Below are positions 10,666-24,937 of a stretch of 64,000 nt of DNA, piece by piece. The position numbers and the translations under genes were made by a program. The stretch's first letter is position 1. Every line of letters starts with the position of its first letter. Below the pieces are notes generated by a model. It was not told the DNA's origin. It ran no database searches and saw only the letters and a program-made list of their open reading frames with translations. Origin of the DNA: Eledone cirrhosa (Eukaryota). The stretch covers positions 129,890,001 through 129,954,000 of the forward strand of contig OZ024740.1 of assembly GCA_964016885.1 (NCBI GenBank), in the 5' to 3' direction.

Positions 10666-11425
10666 TGGAAGCCGGTCGGAGCATTGCTTAAAAGCTTTCT
10701 CTGTTAATGTATTAAATATTATACTCTTGATTTGGCCAGAGAGGAATATTTCCAGATACCTATTAAGTGTAACTTTCCGTATATATATATTGTATAAAAT
10801 ATTGATTGTTATTCGGATATCTCATCTCTGTTTTAGCCTAAGAAAATACCTATATGCGTGTATAAATAATACATGCATATATTTATTTTTTAAAAATCTA
10901 ATTGAGTTCTTGACACGCATGATTAACATTATTGAAAGAATTAATTGACCCGCGTGCATATCATTTTATTTTTTTATGTTTTTGCGATGACCTCCCCTTT
11001 CCGTTTGATGGCAGTGTGAAATTTCTCATTCTGAGACTGCTGGAATTTCAAATTTGGCGGTCATTCTGACACGGAAGGGGACCATCGCTGAACATGGAAT
11101 ATCGGTAAGAAATTTTTTTTTATATCGATATTTGACGGGCATCCACTGATGATTTATAAGTGCCCACCTGCATATATTCCTACTGACAATGTGTAGGCTT
11201 TTACATAACCTGGACATATGTTTCCCAACTTGTAGAAAACTTATAATGAAACAATTGTTTGGAAAGGGAGATGTATTTTAATGATGTCTCATATAAAATA
11301 ACACAACTGGCTACCCGCAACCGTAAAATTAAGATTATACTAAGGTATATCCTAATGTTTGTTGAGTGAGATGGAAGCCGGTCGGAGCATTGCTTAAAAG
11401 CTTTCTCTGTTAATGTATTAAATAT
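10666..11425 (-). mobile_element. Small element bounded by ~55-bp direct repeats; possible Penelope-like derivative
   Basis: 'atggaagccggtcggagcattgcttaaaagctttctctgttaatgtattaaatat' at ~10666 and ~11371; adjacent (TA)n; only weak RT-thumb-like traces inside. Confidence 0.4.
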
Positions 11426-12267
11426 ATATATATATATATAATTATATAGCTATGTGTGTATGAAGGTGGGCCCTTCTTTCATTGACTGTAAATGACACGT
11501 CACAGATTGATATGACATAACTAAAATATGTCAAACCATAAGTATCGTCGTAGACATAATCGATTAAACAGGTCGGTGACTTATAATGCCTGCATTCGTT
11601 TGCGCGAAACCTATATATGAATACAATAACAACCGGTGACCTCATATGCTGTTTCATCTGTTAGTTCATACTTATCATCCATCATTCAAATATATTTAAC
11701 TGATGAGTATAGTATAATATGTTATATGTTGATGTCTTAATTCCTTTGGTTAATTTCAGTGTGGCTTCGTTTTAGCGAAGTGCTTTGGCATTTCTTGCAA
11801 AACCTCTCCTAAGACTGGGGCTTCATTTATAAAATAATACACGACCATCATTGTAGAATCTTTTAGATTTGGTTGCCCGTCAGATATATATTTAATGTAT
11901 GATTGGTATAAATTGTAGTTTAACCAAAAAATGTACCATATAAAAAAAATCTAAGTTTTAATGAGATGTACATTATTTTATGATGTGGAAAAAGAAGCGT
12001 GTAAATGATCATGTAATGAATTTAATTATAACTAGTTATGTTATAATAGAATTAAATGTCCGAAAAATTTAATGAAGCTGAACAACGCTTATAAGAATTT
12101 GATATTAAAAATTATATAAACAAATACATATAATAAATGATAGGAGAATAATTATGCTTAAACACTTAGATAAAACAAATCAAAATTAAAACTCGACTGT
12201 AATATATGTTCTCATTGCATAAATATCTGCTATGGTGTGTCTCCGTTTCATTATTTTAAAGCCTGGA

Positions 12268-12437
12268 GCGATGGATTAGCAGTATCGGTAGAGAGTCGTA
12301 CACCATGCTTTGAAGCATTCTGAGTTCAAATCCCGCCGTGTTTACTTTGCCTTTCATCCTTACGGGGTCGATAAAATAAAGTACCAGTAATGTACTGGGT
12401 AATTGCTGGCCTTGTGCCTAAAATAGAAACAATTATT
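12268..12437 (+). mobile_element. tRNA-derived SINE (internally deleted)
   Basis: Same A/B boxes, central domain and tail as the other copies. Confidence 0.85.
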
Positions 12438-14149
12438 TTAAAGCCTGAAACTCTAATGATGAAGTATACGCTAGTTGGTAGACGAAATGTATTGTTGCTG
12501 TTAGTGACAGTGGACATTATTTATAGTCAATGCATATTTATAGGTAAATCCGATAAAACAATAGACAGACTAAAATATTAATAGACTTATCATATGTTAG
12601 ACATGTGTTTGGTTCTGATGTAATAAACGATAGCTTATGTAGAATTAATACAATTTTGAAAGGCTTTAATGCTCCACCATGTATATGCCATCATAATAAC
12701 GCTAATGTCGAAATCTTGCGTCGATTTTGGACTCAGATGAATACAATCACATTAGAATTGTATATGCCATATCGAAAAGGATTTTGAATTTTCCTTGAAA
12801 GTATTTTTCAAATATGTGTATGATTCGATTCTATTTGAAAATACGTTTCCATTAAATTTTAAATCTTAATATTTTCGCGATAATGAGATAGAGGTTTTTA
12901 AATTCTACGTGTGCGTTGATATTAGAACATCACTTTTCACGAATATGAAATTAGCACAGCATACGTTATGAAAGTTGAACTGTATGTGGTACAAATTAAT
13001 AGTTGTGTAGTTTTAAAATTCTCTTTAAGCGAATAAATGGAAATGTTAATAAATTATTGTTAGATATATTTTGCTGGACGACTGTGTATTTAAAGGAATA
13101 TTGGTTTCTAATGATTGTGGACATTTTGCATTTTGTAATGTATTTAGAATTCATTATATGTTTCTATTTCGAAAATATTAATCATTTTGAAGAAAGATTT
13201 GCTAGGATGCTTAAGACACTGTTATCTATTTATGACGTAAACGGCGTTTTATTGCAATCCGTATGTTCGTATGTGTAATGAGTACTACACTATGAGAGAT
13301 GTATAGCGCCTTATTAGACCAGATAAAAAATATCATTAAGCATGTATTTGAACTAAATCCTTGAACATGCAATAAGAATAATTTCATAATACTAGTACAT
13401 ATATAATTCATTCTTGATTTTCTATATTTGTAGCGTGAATACTTAGACGTGTCTAAAGGAATTGTAACAACACTAAATTGAGGAAATTCTATGCAATTCA
13501 ACAGTGATTGAAAAACACTTGTAAATATCGTGGAATTTAGCTCTGGAATTACCTGTCATTTAAAATGAACACTCCATTAATGTGACTGGATATTATCATG
13601 GCATGTACCTCCAGAAATAAGTGGGAATCTTTCAGGTAAGGCTTTTAAAATGATTATTCCAAGACTAATGCATGTAACATAGCACCTACTGACATATAAT
13701 TGAGTAATCCCCATCTTTGCTAAACGGGACGGTGGCAGAGGGAAACAACATTGGTTGCAGCATTTCAGAGAATACGATAATGTGTTGTAAGTACTGAAAC
13801 TAGCAAGTAAGTAGCAGACATGGACCATCCGGGGACACATTAGTGATTAAGGAGCCTAGGTGCCTTGGAGAATGGGATAAGCGACACTGAAAACAAGATT
13901 TATACAGCTAGATCCTATCTCCAATGTACTATCAGGATTAGAATAAGGCATGGTATTTTATAAGCATAACAAATCATCTATTCCATTGCTGTTAGAATAC
14001 TATGACGGCGATGACCATCTCTAGAATGTGTGTTTGTGTTAACATGATGGATCAATTCAAATGTAACAACCATATTCTATCAGTATATAACACGTCAACG
14101 AATGCACTATAGTCTGGAATATGTCAACCAACACCGATATCGAAATAAA

Positions 14150-15900
14150 TGTTCTCATACCTGGCATCCTTAACCGGAATTATAAATGTTGCGTGATTAT
14201 CAATGGATTTCTTGTCGTAAGAAAAAGTGTCTGTGGAGATCAAAGTGAAATTGATGAGAAACTTTTAGCTGAAATTAAAATCAGGAGGAGGTAAACTACG
14301 AGATCAAAATACAAATGATCATTGAAGACATTGATCTTTTACAAAATAACGAAAATATACAATCAACAAAACATACCCCTACTCATCATAGACTTAACGA
14401 ACATCATTAGCACCAGCTTACATAAGATATGAGGTAGCAAATGTAGCTGAAATAAAGGTAAGTAATGTCTCAGATTTATACACTTTTGTACATCGAAACC
14501 GAAGCACACAATATGAAAACGATATATATATACATATATAATAATAATAAATACAGGATCACGCAAACATTAATATAACCAATAAAAAAATCATACAACT
14601 GAAAGCGAGATAAAGAGACAGAAGGAACAGATATTCCCATTGAAAGGAAACGTTCGATTTCAATGAATGCCTGAACCCAGAAAAGCTTGATATATCGCAG
14701 GGGCCTAATGGCAAAATTATTTCGTCAACGCAACCCCAAATAGTTTTGTCACGAACTAGGGAAACATAAAAAAGAAATATGAAACGCCAACAGAAAAGGA
14801 CGTAGAGATATTACCATGTGTATTATAGGCAACGAAAGATTTACCATGATCGAACATCTTAATGTCAAGAAACAAATCAGGCGTACGATATTAAAAAGTC
14901 ATTGTACCACTATATATCTCCACTAGGTATAGAAGACACATAATTGGAATCACCAATTCACATGTAAAATACCTTACAAGCTCCTGAAGAAATTGCTGAC
15001 AGTATATGATGGAGTATCTCTTAATCTTCAACATGAAAGGATCAACTACATCCTAGAAACTACAATTCAAACCATAACTTAACTCAAAACTATCAGAGAG
15101 AATAAATGGAAAATTGGAAACAGGCAACTGACTTCAGGAAATTGGAAAGGATGCACAACGGCTTATGTTTGTAAAGCTAAATATGTTTCTTGAACACAGC
15201 TATAACTGCAGTTTTCAGAAGGAAAAGTTTCTCCCCATGTGATGACTGGTCTATTAACAGCTGTTAGATAGTATGTGGTTCATATTGGGCCTCGCAACAT
15301 GAGACATACATCTAATGGTAGCAGTAATATATTATTAATTAATCTTACCTTGAGGAAACGGTGAACTATTTCTTGCATATAAATGAAATGTGTTATTGAA
15401 TACAACTATACCTCCATTTGGAAACAGGGAATCTCTTTCTACATCATTTATCTCTCGCGCTAACAACGTCAGCAAATATGCTAAACTAGACTACAATCGA
15501 ATGAATATTCTAACATACAACAATCAGTGATGATTGTAAATTGTCGAATTCAAATGTTAAGCTGCACCTGATGAAAAACAACATAAAGAATTTGTTGACT
15601 CCATATAAATATATAACAAATTGGGGTACATTTGTTTTATAAATCACGTCTATATACGTTGCTGAGAGAAATGTTAATTACGATTAGTAATATCACGCTA
15701 GATTTAATACGTGGATTTCGATGAAAAAAGTAGATTTATCCAAATATTCTACTACAAGGAAGGCAGTGAATTTGAAATTCTAAATCATAGGCAAATGGAA
15801 AAAGACTGGGGGAAGGATAATGTGAGTGCATTATATAGATACTTGAATCAAATACATATAAATGCAACTTGAAAAACATCAATGTTGTATGCCACAGCGT
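14150..15900 (+). pseudogene. Heavily decayed Dong/R4-like RT
   Basis: Ordered traces: 'KLFRQRNPK*FCHELGK' (~14715), 'KTHNW' (~14935), 'PRNY..TIT' (~15055), 'KGCTTAYVCK' (~15150), 'QG.SLS' (~15425), 'TYK' (~15850), collinear with the 3-6.6 kb element. Confidence 0.5.
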
Positions 15901-17249
15901 CTTAAACTATAAATATAATGTTCTTTACCTGAAGCTAACAAAAGTGTCAAGATTAAGAAATAAATAAATATAGTAACTTAATTAAGAATACGCTAACTAA
16001 ACCATGACATAAAATGATAACGAATGCGATTAAAGAATAAAGGACTTTTATTCCACTCGAAATTCATTATGAAATTTCCATTTTTCAACTAATATGGATC
16101 CATCAAATCTTATGGGGAGTTGCGAGCAAAAGCATTAAAACATCCCAAATCTAAAAACTAAATACCAGACAACAGAATTTGATGCTAAAGCCACGGGTAG
16201 ATAATTTTCTACATGTGAAAGAACTGCACATCCTGAATATAAAGGAAAAAAATACGAAATTAACAGCTGAAGCATTTAGCTCAAATCCGAGCCAGAAAGA
16301 TTCTTGAGCGAAGAAAATAATCTAAGCTTTTTATTAAGAAACTACCAATGCAATATAACAGTTACAATCAGTAACACCAAAATATCTTGAGAAATGTAAT
16401 AACAAATGTTTCATATTCTATCTGGCCATCCAGTTTTGACAATGAATTGTATACAGGGTGAGAGGCAGTTGGGGTATACATACCCTAGTAGTCATCCTAT
16501 GATCTTATACCAACAAAGAGAGGTAGTAAGGCCATGTACCCAATTTTTCTTTAGAATAAAAATACGTATACCCATAGACTGAAATATGTCAATGCATATA
16601 GACAAAGGAATCGAGGATAATTGCACAGGTATTGTTGCCAAAAGATTATTAAACACTCTGCGTTCTAATATACAAATTACATAATATAAATCCAAGAACA
16701 TACAAATAGAAAGGACTTCAGAAAATTGTAATACAAACGAACCATAGAAGGAGCTACAACAATAAACGCAATAAAACATTATTTGTAGTCTAAATCATAG
16801 GCAAATCTGAAGCGTGCGAAAATCTGAAGCGTGCGAAAAAATTAAATTTCTTATCGTAAATCAATATAAGTGCTGAGCATATGGATACGCAAATGTAGAC
16901 AGTACCGCAGAAAATTACACATCGAGCATTAAATTTGATTCAATATAATGGCAAAGTTTGTTACATTAATCCATAGATAATGCCATGTAAATTTATAATT
17001 ACAAAAGTATGTTTTGCCTGCTTCCACTTACTTAATAAATGACTATGTTACTAGGAAATCGCTTTAAAAAAATGGGCTCAGAATAGGGCATCTATACATT
17101 CTTAAATAATCCAAATAGTTCGTTTCATAATCTTGTTTCATTACGTTTTGAAGTTATATTTCTATTTAATATTCAACATATTTTAGAGAAGACCTCACCG
17201 TGAAAGACCCGTCTTGAAAGACCCTTCAAGGTTATCATGATAAATTCTA

Positions 17250-18600
17250 CCACAGAAAATTACTTAAATCTTTTACGAAAGCCTAAATAAATTGTAATTT
17301 GTGCACTAAATTTCGACAACAATGAACCAACTAATTTCCAAGGCATCCATCATGAAATGTACATCGGTTTCTCTCGACAAGATCTATAAAATAAATATTT
17401 AAATATAGATATTGACAGTCAAACACCTTATATGAGGGAATCGAAACGCTTCTAACTATAGAAAAGAAACGAGTCATTTAAATATCATGAGGTGAAATTT
17501 TCCGAGCGCCATACATCACATGTAAAAGCATATTAAGTTCATTCCTCTGGAATATCAAGCATAACACTGGGGTTTCTCTCTGGAGAAACACATTCAGAAA
17601 TATATTGATTTAATAAACAACAATGTTAATAAACAACGATATAGCTGTTGTTTATTAAAGCAATCCTGATTCTGATGGCGCGTATTTGTATAGCTGCATC
17701 AACAGACCATCAATCTTATGAAATGAACTTTTATGTATTAGATGATGCCTCTTGCACATATATTCAAGTATATTCAGCTTTTCAGACTGGATGGACATGT
17801 TGGCTTTTAAAACACAAGTGCAACGCATTTTACCAGCTCATGTAAAGTGTATTGTCCAAGAACATACCACCAGGAATAGAACTCAAGAACGTACGAACAT
17901 TTCTATGTATGAAACTATTAACACTGAACCCAATCTTGAAACCACATGAAATCAGCCACACATATGAGCAAATGCATATTTTTTGTATTTGCTCCGCAAT
18001 ACATTTTCATTTTTAACATGTCTGTTGAAATTAATCAACTGACTATTATACAATTTGTGATTAAGATATTTTCTATGGATAAAACAGCGAAGTTATATTG
18101 TTTGGTTTTAAATGCTATGAAATTTACCCTAAATTGTCCAGGATTGTGTGGGTATTTATAAACAGACATTGATATGTTATAAGGGTTAAAACTGAAGAAC
18201 AAACTTATGATAGGTTCCGAATTGTGTTGCGTATTTTCTTAAATATAATATTCTTAATTCCATTCTACGTTTTACTAAATTGATTTTAGAGTTTATTTAC
18301 ACAGACATGAATCCCTGCTTCAATATATAAATAAAATAACGGAATATAAATACAAGTTTAGGTAAAATAAATCCTCAACATTACCCACATTATTTTTCGA
18401 ATTAGAAACAAGACATGTATCAACAGCAAAGAATCAGAGACGGTGTATTTGGAAATAAACTACGTAAACAGAAACGACACGTTACATAACCTACGGCCAT
18501 TGACACCAATCACTAATCGCTTGTAACAAACTGATGTTTCCTTTAAAACAACAAATATAAAAATGCCTCTTAACCAGAAAAACAGTCCAGAATTCCACAG
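17250..18600 (+). pseudogene. Heavily decayed Naiad/Penelope-like RT
   Basis: Ordered traces 'NFDNN', 'LDKI', 'DSDGA' (~17670), 'LDDA' (~17740), 'NIIFLIPF' (~18245, cf. NIIWFNPPF), 'TSLGK', collinear with the 20.7-24.6 kb element. Confidence 0.42.
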
Positions 18601-19990
18601 TGCATAATATAATTCGACCTAAACGTATCCGGAGTCAAAATCCCTAAATTTACTAATGCGTTCGCCTAATCTACATCTAATGATATCAATGTTGGTTAGT
18701 CGTAGAATACTGTATGGCCGCAATATTGTTTGTTGCGCAACTGTTATCAGTAGTTTAAGCGTGCTCCCATATATATCTTTAAACAATATGACTTCAAAAG
18801 TATTTGTATCAGTATACATATAGGTAACGTAATTAGAACATGAATTCAGATATATCGAGCAATATTTATCATTTAATCCCAACTGTCATGGTATCTGATA
18901 TGAGAACCTTATTATATCACTAAAATATAATTCGTTTCAATTTTGTTATACATAGATCTATGAAATTATACTCTCCAATACACCAAATATTTACGGGAGA
19001 GGTTGAATTGATCTAAACTGACAGAGAGAGAAGGAGAGAAAGAGAGAGAGAGAGAGAGGGGGGAGATAAATAGATAGATCTATAGAGAGAGAGATGGAGA
19101 GAGAAAGAGAGTGAGTGTCTCTACGCGAGTGAGAGTGGTGTTTTAGAACAGTAAAACATTTCAAATATGCTTCCAAATAAGGAATATTTTATTGGGAGCA
19201 CAACCAAACATTCGCCTAATATAGTTTACTATATTCATAATAATGCGCTTTGAGTGAAAATGCTTTCAATATTTGCAATTAGAACAGCAGCTTATTTGCA
19301 CTAACTGCACTTCATTTTTTTCTTATTTCCTACTAGTTTGCTCTCTATCGAAAGAAATAAAGTAGAATAATGTAAATATGAATATATATTATGCGATAAT
19401 TCGTTGTGATAATTTCATAAATGGCTCTGAAATACGTCTCCCTGAAAATATATCACAATTAGAAATCGATCAGTATATATGAAAAGGGGCATCCTGGTTA
19501 TACAAAATCTCGACAGCAGTAGAAATAGCAACAGAGGTACAGAAGTGCTATCTCCAACGTAACAACATACCAAACTTGCCACTATTAAAGAATGGTAGCT
19601 TAGAATCAGGAGATATTAAATGCAATTGTCTTACATAGAATGTGCTAAAAATGTCTTTAGTGAATTGAGATATGAAATACTTAGACAGAGACGATATAAA
19701 TGCCATAATCGACAGAGAGATACAGAAAATTCTATGAAACAATCCAATGATTAATCTATATAGAGTTAATCAAGTCAAACTATTCATAGCCTCCGTTAAA
19801 TATAAGGATAATATTTCCAAAGACATATGCAAACAGGGGCATTAGTTCGTTGACTAACGGAATTTCTCACACATACATACTCACAACTGCACAAACACAT
19901 ACAGACATATACAATCACACACTGTACACGTACACATGCACACACATATATATGTAATATGTATGTATACACACAAACACACACACACAT

Positions 19991-20026
<36 letters not shown>

Positions 20027-20511
20027 TAGTGGTATAATAATAGATGAAGAGCGCATTGTTAAAGAAATATAAGTAATCTTCTTACTCTTCTAATTATGAT
20101 ATATTGTCTAATTAATTAAATGGCCTTCTGTCGAGGGTCGTCTTCTGTACATTTCTAATTATCAATTTAATAATGGTAATTAATACAGTGTTCCCAAGAC
20201 AGGAAACACCGTTGTACAGCAATCGCAGAGCAGTGTGTTGCTAATGTAATGTAAATAATAATGTTACTGTTTGCTGAATTCTATGTTATATATAAGCAAG
20301 ATATCAAAACACTATATCCATAACAATAACATTTATGAGAGTGCTCAGTTTGTGTCATTTTCCCATGGAAATTATTTTTTGAATGTCAATGGAACAGCCA
20401 GTTTTAAATATATCTATATCTATTTATGTATATATAAATATACATACATTATACATATATATATAAATATACATATATTATTTATATATATATATATGTA
20501 TATAATATATC

Positions 20512-20647
<136 letters not shown>

Positions 20648-20737
20648 CATATATATATATGTATATTTATATATGTATATTTATATAGGAAGTGAATACA
20701 AAGCGGTTAAAAGCTTTAAAACATGGTTATATAATTA

Positions 20738-20780
20738 TGCACCTACGTACGTTTCGCCTTTAGCGGGCTTATCAAGCACA
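20738..20780 (-). ncRNA. Non-canonical minimal hammerhead in the pLTR (second copy at 24118-24162)
   Basis: Reverse complement 'tgc TTGATAA gcccgctaaaggc GAAAC GTAC GTA ggtgca'; other copy 'c TTGAAAA acccgctaagggc GAAAC GTAC GTA'; palindromic stem III ACGTACGT. Confidence 0.55.
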
Positions 20781-23700
20781 TGGCAAGCAAAATAAAGTTC
20801 AATATAGGTCCCGGGAGTGACTTTACGGTTAAATTGACATCCTCATTCATTTTCTCCGTCCATGTGTTATTATTGTCACAGATCAGGGGGAGTAACTCTG
20901 GCCGATGTTTAAGCAATCTGTGCCATGTGTATTTTAGTGCCTGGTGTTTAGCATCGTTATGTTATGTGTATTGTTTCACTATTGCCACTACGGGTCAGGT
21001 CTGTAGTGTCCTTTTATTACTTAGTGGATGTTGCTTCACTAATGGTTGCTCGAGTATGGTTAGCGGTGTACATTAGGTTCACATATGTTTGTCCATACAG
21101 CGTGCCCACCGGGGTGTTATGGTTCGGGCGGGAGAACCCAGTTCGTAGTTTTCATGCCACAGTCGCCTCCCAGGCAAAATACGACGCCTGTAGCCGGTGT
21201 TTACAATTAATAATCGACTCTGCTAGGTTGTTTATGAGCTCGTGGGGTGTTTTTATGATGTAGTACAGCTCCAAGAGGCAGAGCTGGCATTTCCCCCTGA
21301 AGTTGTAGGGTGCAGCCCTACTGACAATATCCCAGTGTGTGGAGAAGCTTATGTTGGCGTCTTGCAATGTGGTGACGTAGTTGGCAAGCGATGTGTAGTG
21401 CCTTAATTGTGTGTACCTGAAAGAGTGGATATGCGTCCTAAATCTCGTTTTAAACTGGCCGGAAGTGACACCTATACAGTGTTTAACTCCGCTATGGCTA
21501 GTCACGGTGCACCTATAAAAAACTTTATCAGTCAGGCAGTTTTCCCTGAGAGGGCAGCCTCAACTATCACGACAGTTGCATTTTCCGTCACGTTCCCAGA
21601 GTAAAATTATTACTATTGCTATCTATGTCTCTAACTTCGTCGTTGGTACTGTTATCTCTCAAGGCGTGCGGTGTTGTACTATTATTAATCTGCACGCCGC
21701 AGCCTGTTCTGCTGCCGTTGGTGGCGCATGTGGGTCAACGGTATATTCTCCAATCACGCCTCGGTTACGTGGGTTTCGTCTGACGGGGCGGCCATCCACC
21801 CTATTTGGTGCTGTTAGTGAGATGTTATGGTTATTATTGTTGTCATGTCTAGACGTATCTGTGCTAGGGTGTATTGCTTTGTTAATCTTACTGTGATTGG
21901 TTGCTCCTATGATGTCGGCTAGATTGGGGCTGGTAGAGAAGGATATTTTGATATTGTTTCTGTTAAGTAATTTTCTGTATTTATGATTAGGGGGAAAATT
22001 TGGCTCCAAGGTTTTGAATAATATCCTTGGAACGTCGGAGGCCACACTCGTGAGTAGGGGGGGGGGGGACTATATGATATTACGGTGGCGTTTCCGCTTT
22101 ACAGTTGGCTTGTTACAGGTTGTGCTAACTCGTTGACAGTGCTTACGGTTGTTCCTGTGCTGTAGCCGGTTATTCGTCCCCATTACTTTATGTTAAGGTG
22201 GGGGCACCTTACCTCTGTGCTTTGTATGTGTGGCTGGGCGCGGGTTGGAGGGTGGGGTTATCTATCGGTAAAACTTACCATGCTGTCGGTTGTCTTGGTC
22301 GCCACTCATGTAATTAACGGTGTGGCCAAGTTTCTTAGTGTGGTTTTCTGTACTAAAGTTCTTGACGGTGTCATGGCTATAGCGTGCACTGTTATAGGTA
22401 AGGCTCACTATAACATTATTCGTACGTTGTGGTCGGTTTCTAGAGTTAGCATTAAGGATGTAAGATATTTTTCGGTTAAAACCAGCATTTAGTAAAGCCT
22501 TATTATAATATTCAGCCGCCTGGTTGAATATACATTCATTGGCGGAGAGACTCGAGATCCTATGGGATATGCTATATAATATGGAGTTGAGGGTAGACTT
22601 AGGGTGGTTAGAAGCATAGCTTATATAGGAGAAGATCACCCTGGGTTTATGGTATGGCTTGTATAGGCCCGTACTCAACTTCAGGGTTACATCTAGGAAG
22701 TTGACTATTTGGTGGTTGTGTTCCATGGTCACTGATAGGCTATATGTCTCAAATAACTTGTGTATGTGCTTGTTAAGGTTCTCTATCCTACGGGGGCTGT
22801 GGTTTCGCACGGTAAACAGGGCATCGTCACTATATACACCGCCCTGTAGGGCCAGTGTCTCGTCCCTAATTCTATAGAGGAGGTATATCCCGACCAGGTC
22901 GGTTACTTACGCCGAGTCACTGGACACCATCGTGATATCAAAGTTATCAGGACGGTTGGTTCTGGTCCAATAGGAGCCATCAAACGTGATAATAGTTCTA
23001 CGCGCAGCCAGCACAATATCTATCTCCTTCCTAGTGAGGCTAGTATTAGACTTAACTAGGACAAGCACGTTATTTAGGAGTATGGGGGAGATCGATGCAT
23101 AGTAGCCATCTATGTCGAACTGTATGAACTTGAGAGTTGTTTTATCAGGTAACTCTGTGAACCAATTAATGACCTGGTCGGTGCTGCTCCAGAGACAGAC
23201 ATTGGCTTTATTATTAAGTTCTAGTAGTACTCTATCTAGGATCACTTTGCTAATTTCCCCTATATCTGAAGTAGATGGGCATATAAGTCTAATAGAGGGG
23301 TTTTCATTAAAGTTACATTTGTGATCCTTAAGAGAGTATCTTGGTGTCATAGGGACATATGTGTTGGTGTACTTATCTGTGTTAAGGCTAGTAACTATGT
23401 CCTTCCCTACCCTATTTATGTCATTTAAAGTGCTAGTTGGTGTGTTCTTAAAGTTTTTATGTAGTTCCTTTTATATGAAATGTTTGTACTTGCTCACGTC
23501 CATCTTATATAGCTTCTTGGTTTTGTCAGAGGTAACGAAGCATTGTGGTCCTTCTTGATTCTGGCAATGAGTGCATCGGCTTAAATTTGATGTTTTTGAT
23601 GAGTTTTAGTAGGTCTTCCTCAAAGCGGTCCAGTATGGTGTTGTGCGGTGGGTCTCTGTACGTTTTAAAGTCCTATCTCTCTATAGCTTGTGGACGGTTG

Positions 23701-24066
23701 CAGTTGTCCTTATCGAGGTAGTAGACCTTCCATTTTACTCTCCGTATAAACGAGTTAGTGGTGTCTATGAGCTGCTTGAGGTATGTTTCTCTGCTAGGCA
23801 GTGGGATACATTTGAGAGACATGGGTAACGCTTGATTTCCATTGTACTGGCAAATAAACTATGGTGCTCTACTATAGGTAGAATTTTAATAGAATGATTA
23901 GGGATCGAGAGAGAGAAGAGAATGGAAAGATGGTCGATACATATATTTAGTTGCCAATAGTTTATGAATGTGTGCTCAATACTCGTGCCTACAGGGTTAA
24001 ATATTATATGCGTCAAATATTATCTGCGTAGTGGGCGAGGAAGAATGATAAGCAGAGCGATTATAA

Positions 24067-24615
24067 AGGAAGTGAATACAAAGAGATTAAAACCGTTAAA
24101 ACATGTTTATATAATTATGCACCTACGTACGTTTCGCCCTTAGCGGGTTTTTCAAGGGCATGGGCAGCAAAATAAAATTCAATATAGGTCCTGGGAGAGG
24201 ATTTACGATTAAATTGACATCCTCATTCATGTTCTCCGTGCATGTGTTTTTTACTGTCACAGAGCCGGGGGTGGGGGTGGGAGGGTAACTCTGGCCGGTG
24301 TTTAAGCAATCAGTACCATGTGGATTTTAGTGCCTGGTGTTTAGCATCGGTGTGTCATGTGTATTGTTTCACTATTGCCACTACGGTCAGGTCTGTAGTT
24401 TCCTTGTATTACTTAGTGGATATTGCTTCACTAATGTTTGTTCGTGTATGGTCAGCGGTGTACATTAGGTTCACATATGTTTGTTCATACTGCGTGCCCA
24501 CCGGGGTGTTATGGTTCGGGCGGGAGGACCCAGTTCGTAGTTTTCATGCCCCAGTCGCCTCCCAGGCAAAATACGACGCCTGTACCCGGTGTTTACAATT
24601 AATAACCGACTGTGC
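24067..24615 (-). repeat. 5' pseudo-LTR (direct repeat of 20688-21225)
   Basis: Both copies start 'aggaagtgaatacaaa' on + and align through 'ggtgtttacaattaataa', overlapping the ORF 3' end as Penelope pLTRs do. Confidence 0.9.
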
Positions 24616-24937
24616 AGATTAATCAAGATTAATCAGTTCATAAGGTATCTATTTTTGAAGTTCTAGTTAAACATTATTTAGTTACCTACAAAGCTATGTG
24701 TGCTTACACACTTTTACAAATTATCCCTTGTGATTGTTTCATATGTCTATTTTAGATATATTTATATGTCAATCAATTTCTACTTGATATAAAATGCTCG
24801 GATATCTTCATTGGAATCTTGGCGCATAGTTTACGGATGATACGGCGCATGTCTATCTGACATGACACCCGTAATCTAAATTAATTTTGGATATTTTTTA
24901 TAAATACAGTTTCCATTTATTAAATATCGTATTTATA

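Larger units (their letters stand above)
20688..24620 (-). mobile_element. Penelope-like element (Naiad-like) with two pseudo-LTRs, RT and GIY-YIG endonuclease; decayed ORF
   Basis: N-terminus 'LKCIPLPSRETYLKQLID..SFIRRVKWK'; RT 'LKDHKCNFNENPSIRLICP', 'FIQFDIDGYYASI', 'YSDDA', 'VNFLDVTL', 'YKPYHKP', 'SNHP'; 'CNCR..CPL..NCL'; endonuclease 'CIGVTSGQFKTRFRTH' and 'KCQLCLLE'. 24067-24615 duplicates 20688-21225. Confidence 0.9.

Noticed and set aside
21560-21562. In-frame TGA in the Naiad-like zinc motif (CNCRDS*GCPL) as possible selenocysteine, reported for some Naiads
   Set aside because: It is not at a conserved Cys position, is readily explained by CGA-to-TGA decay, the ORF has other lesions, and I could not identify a SECIS.
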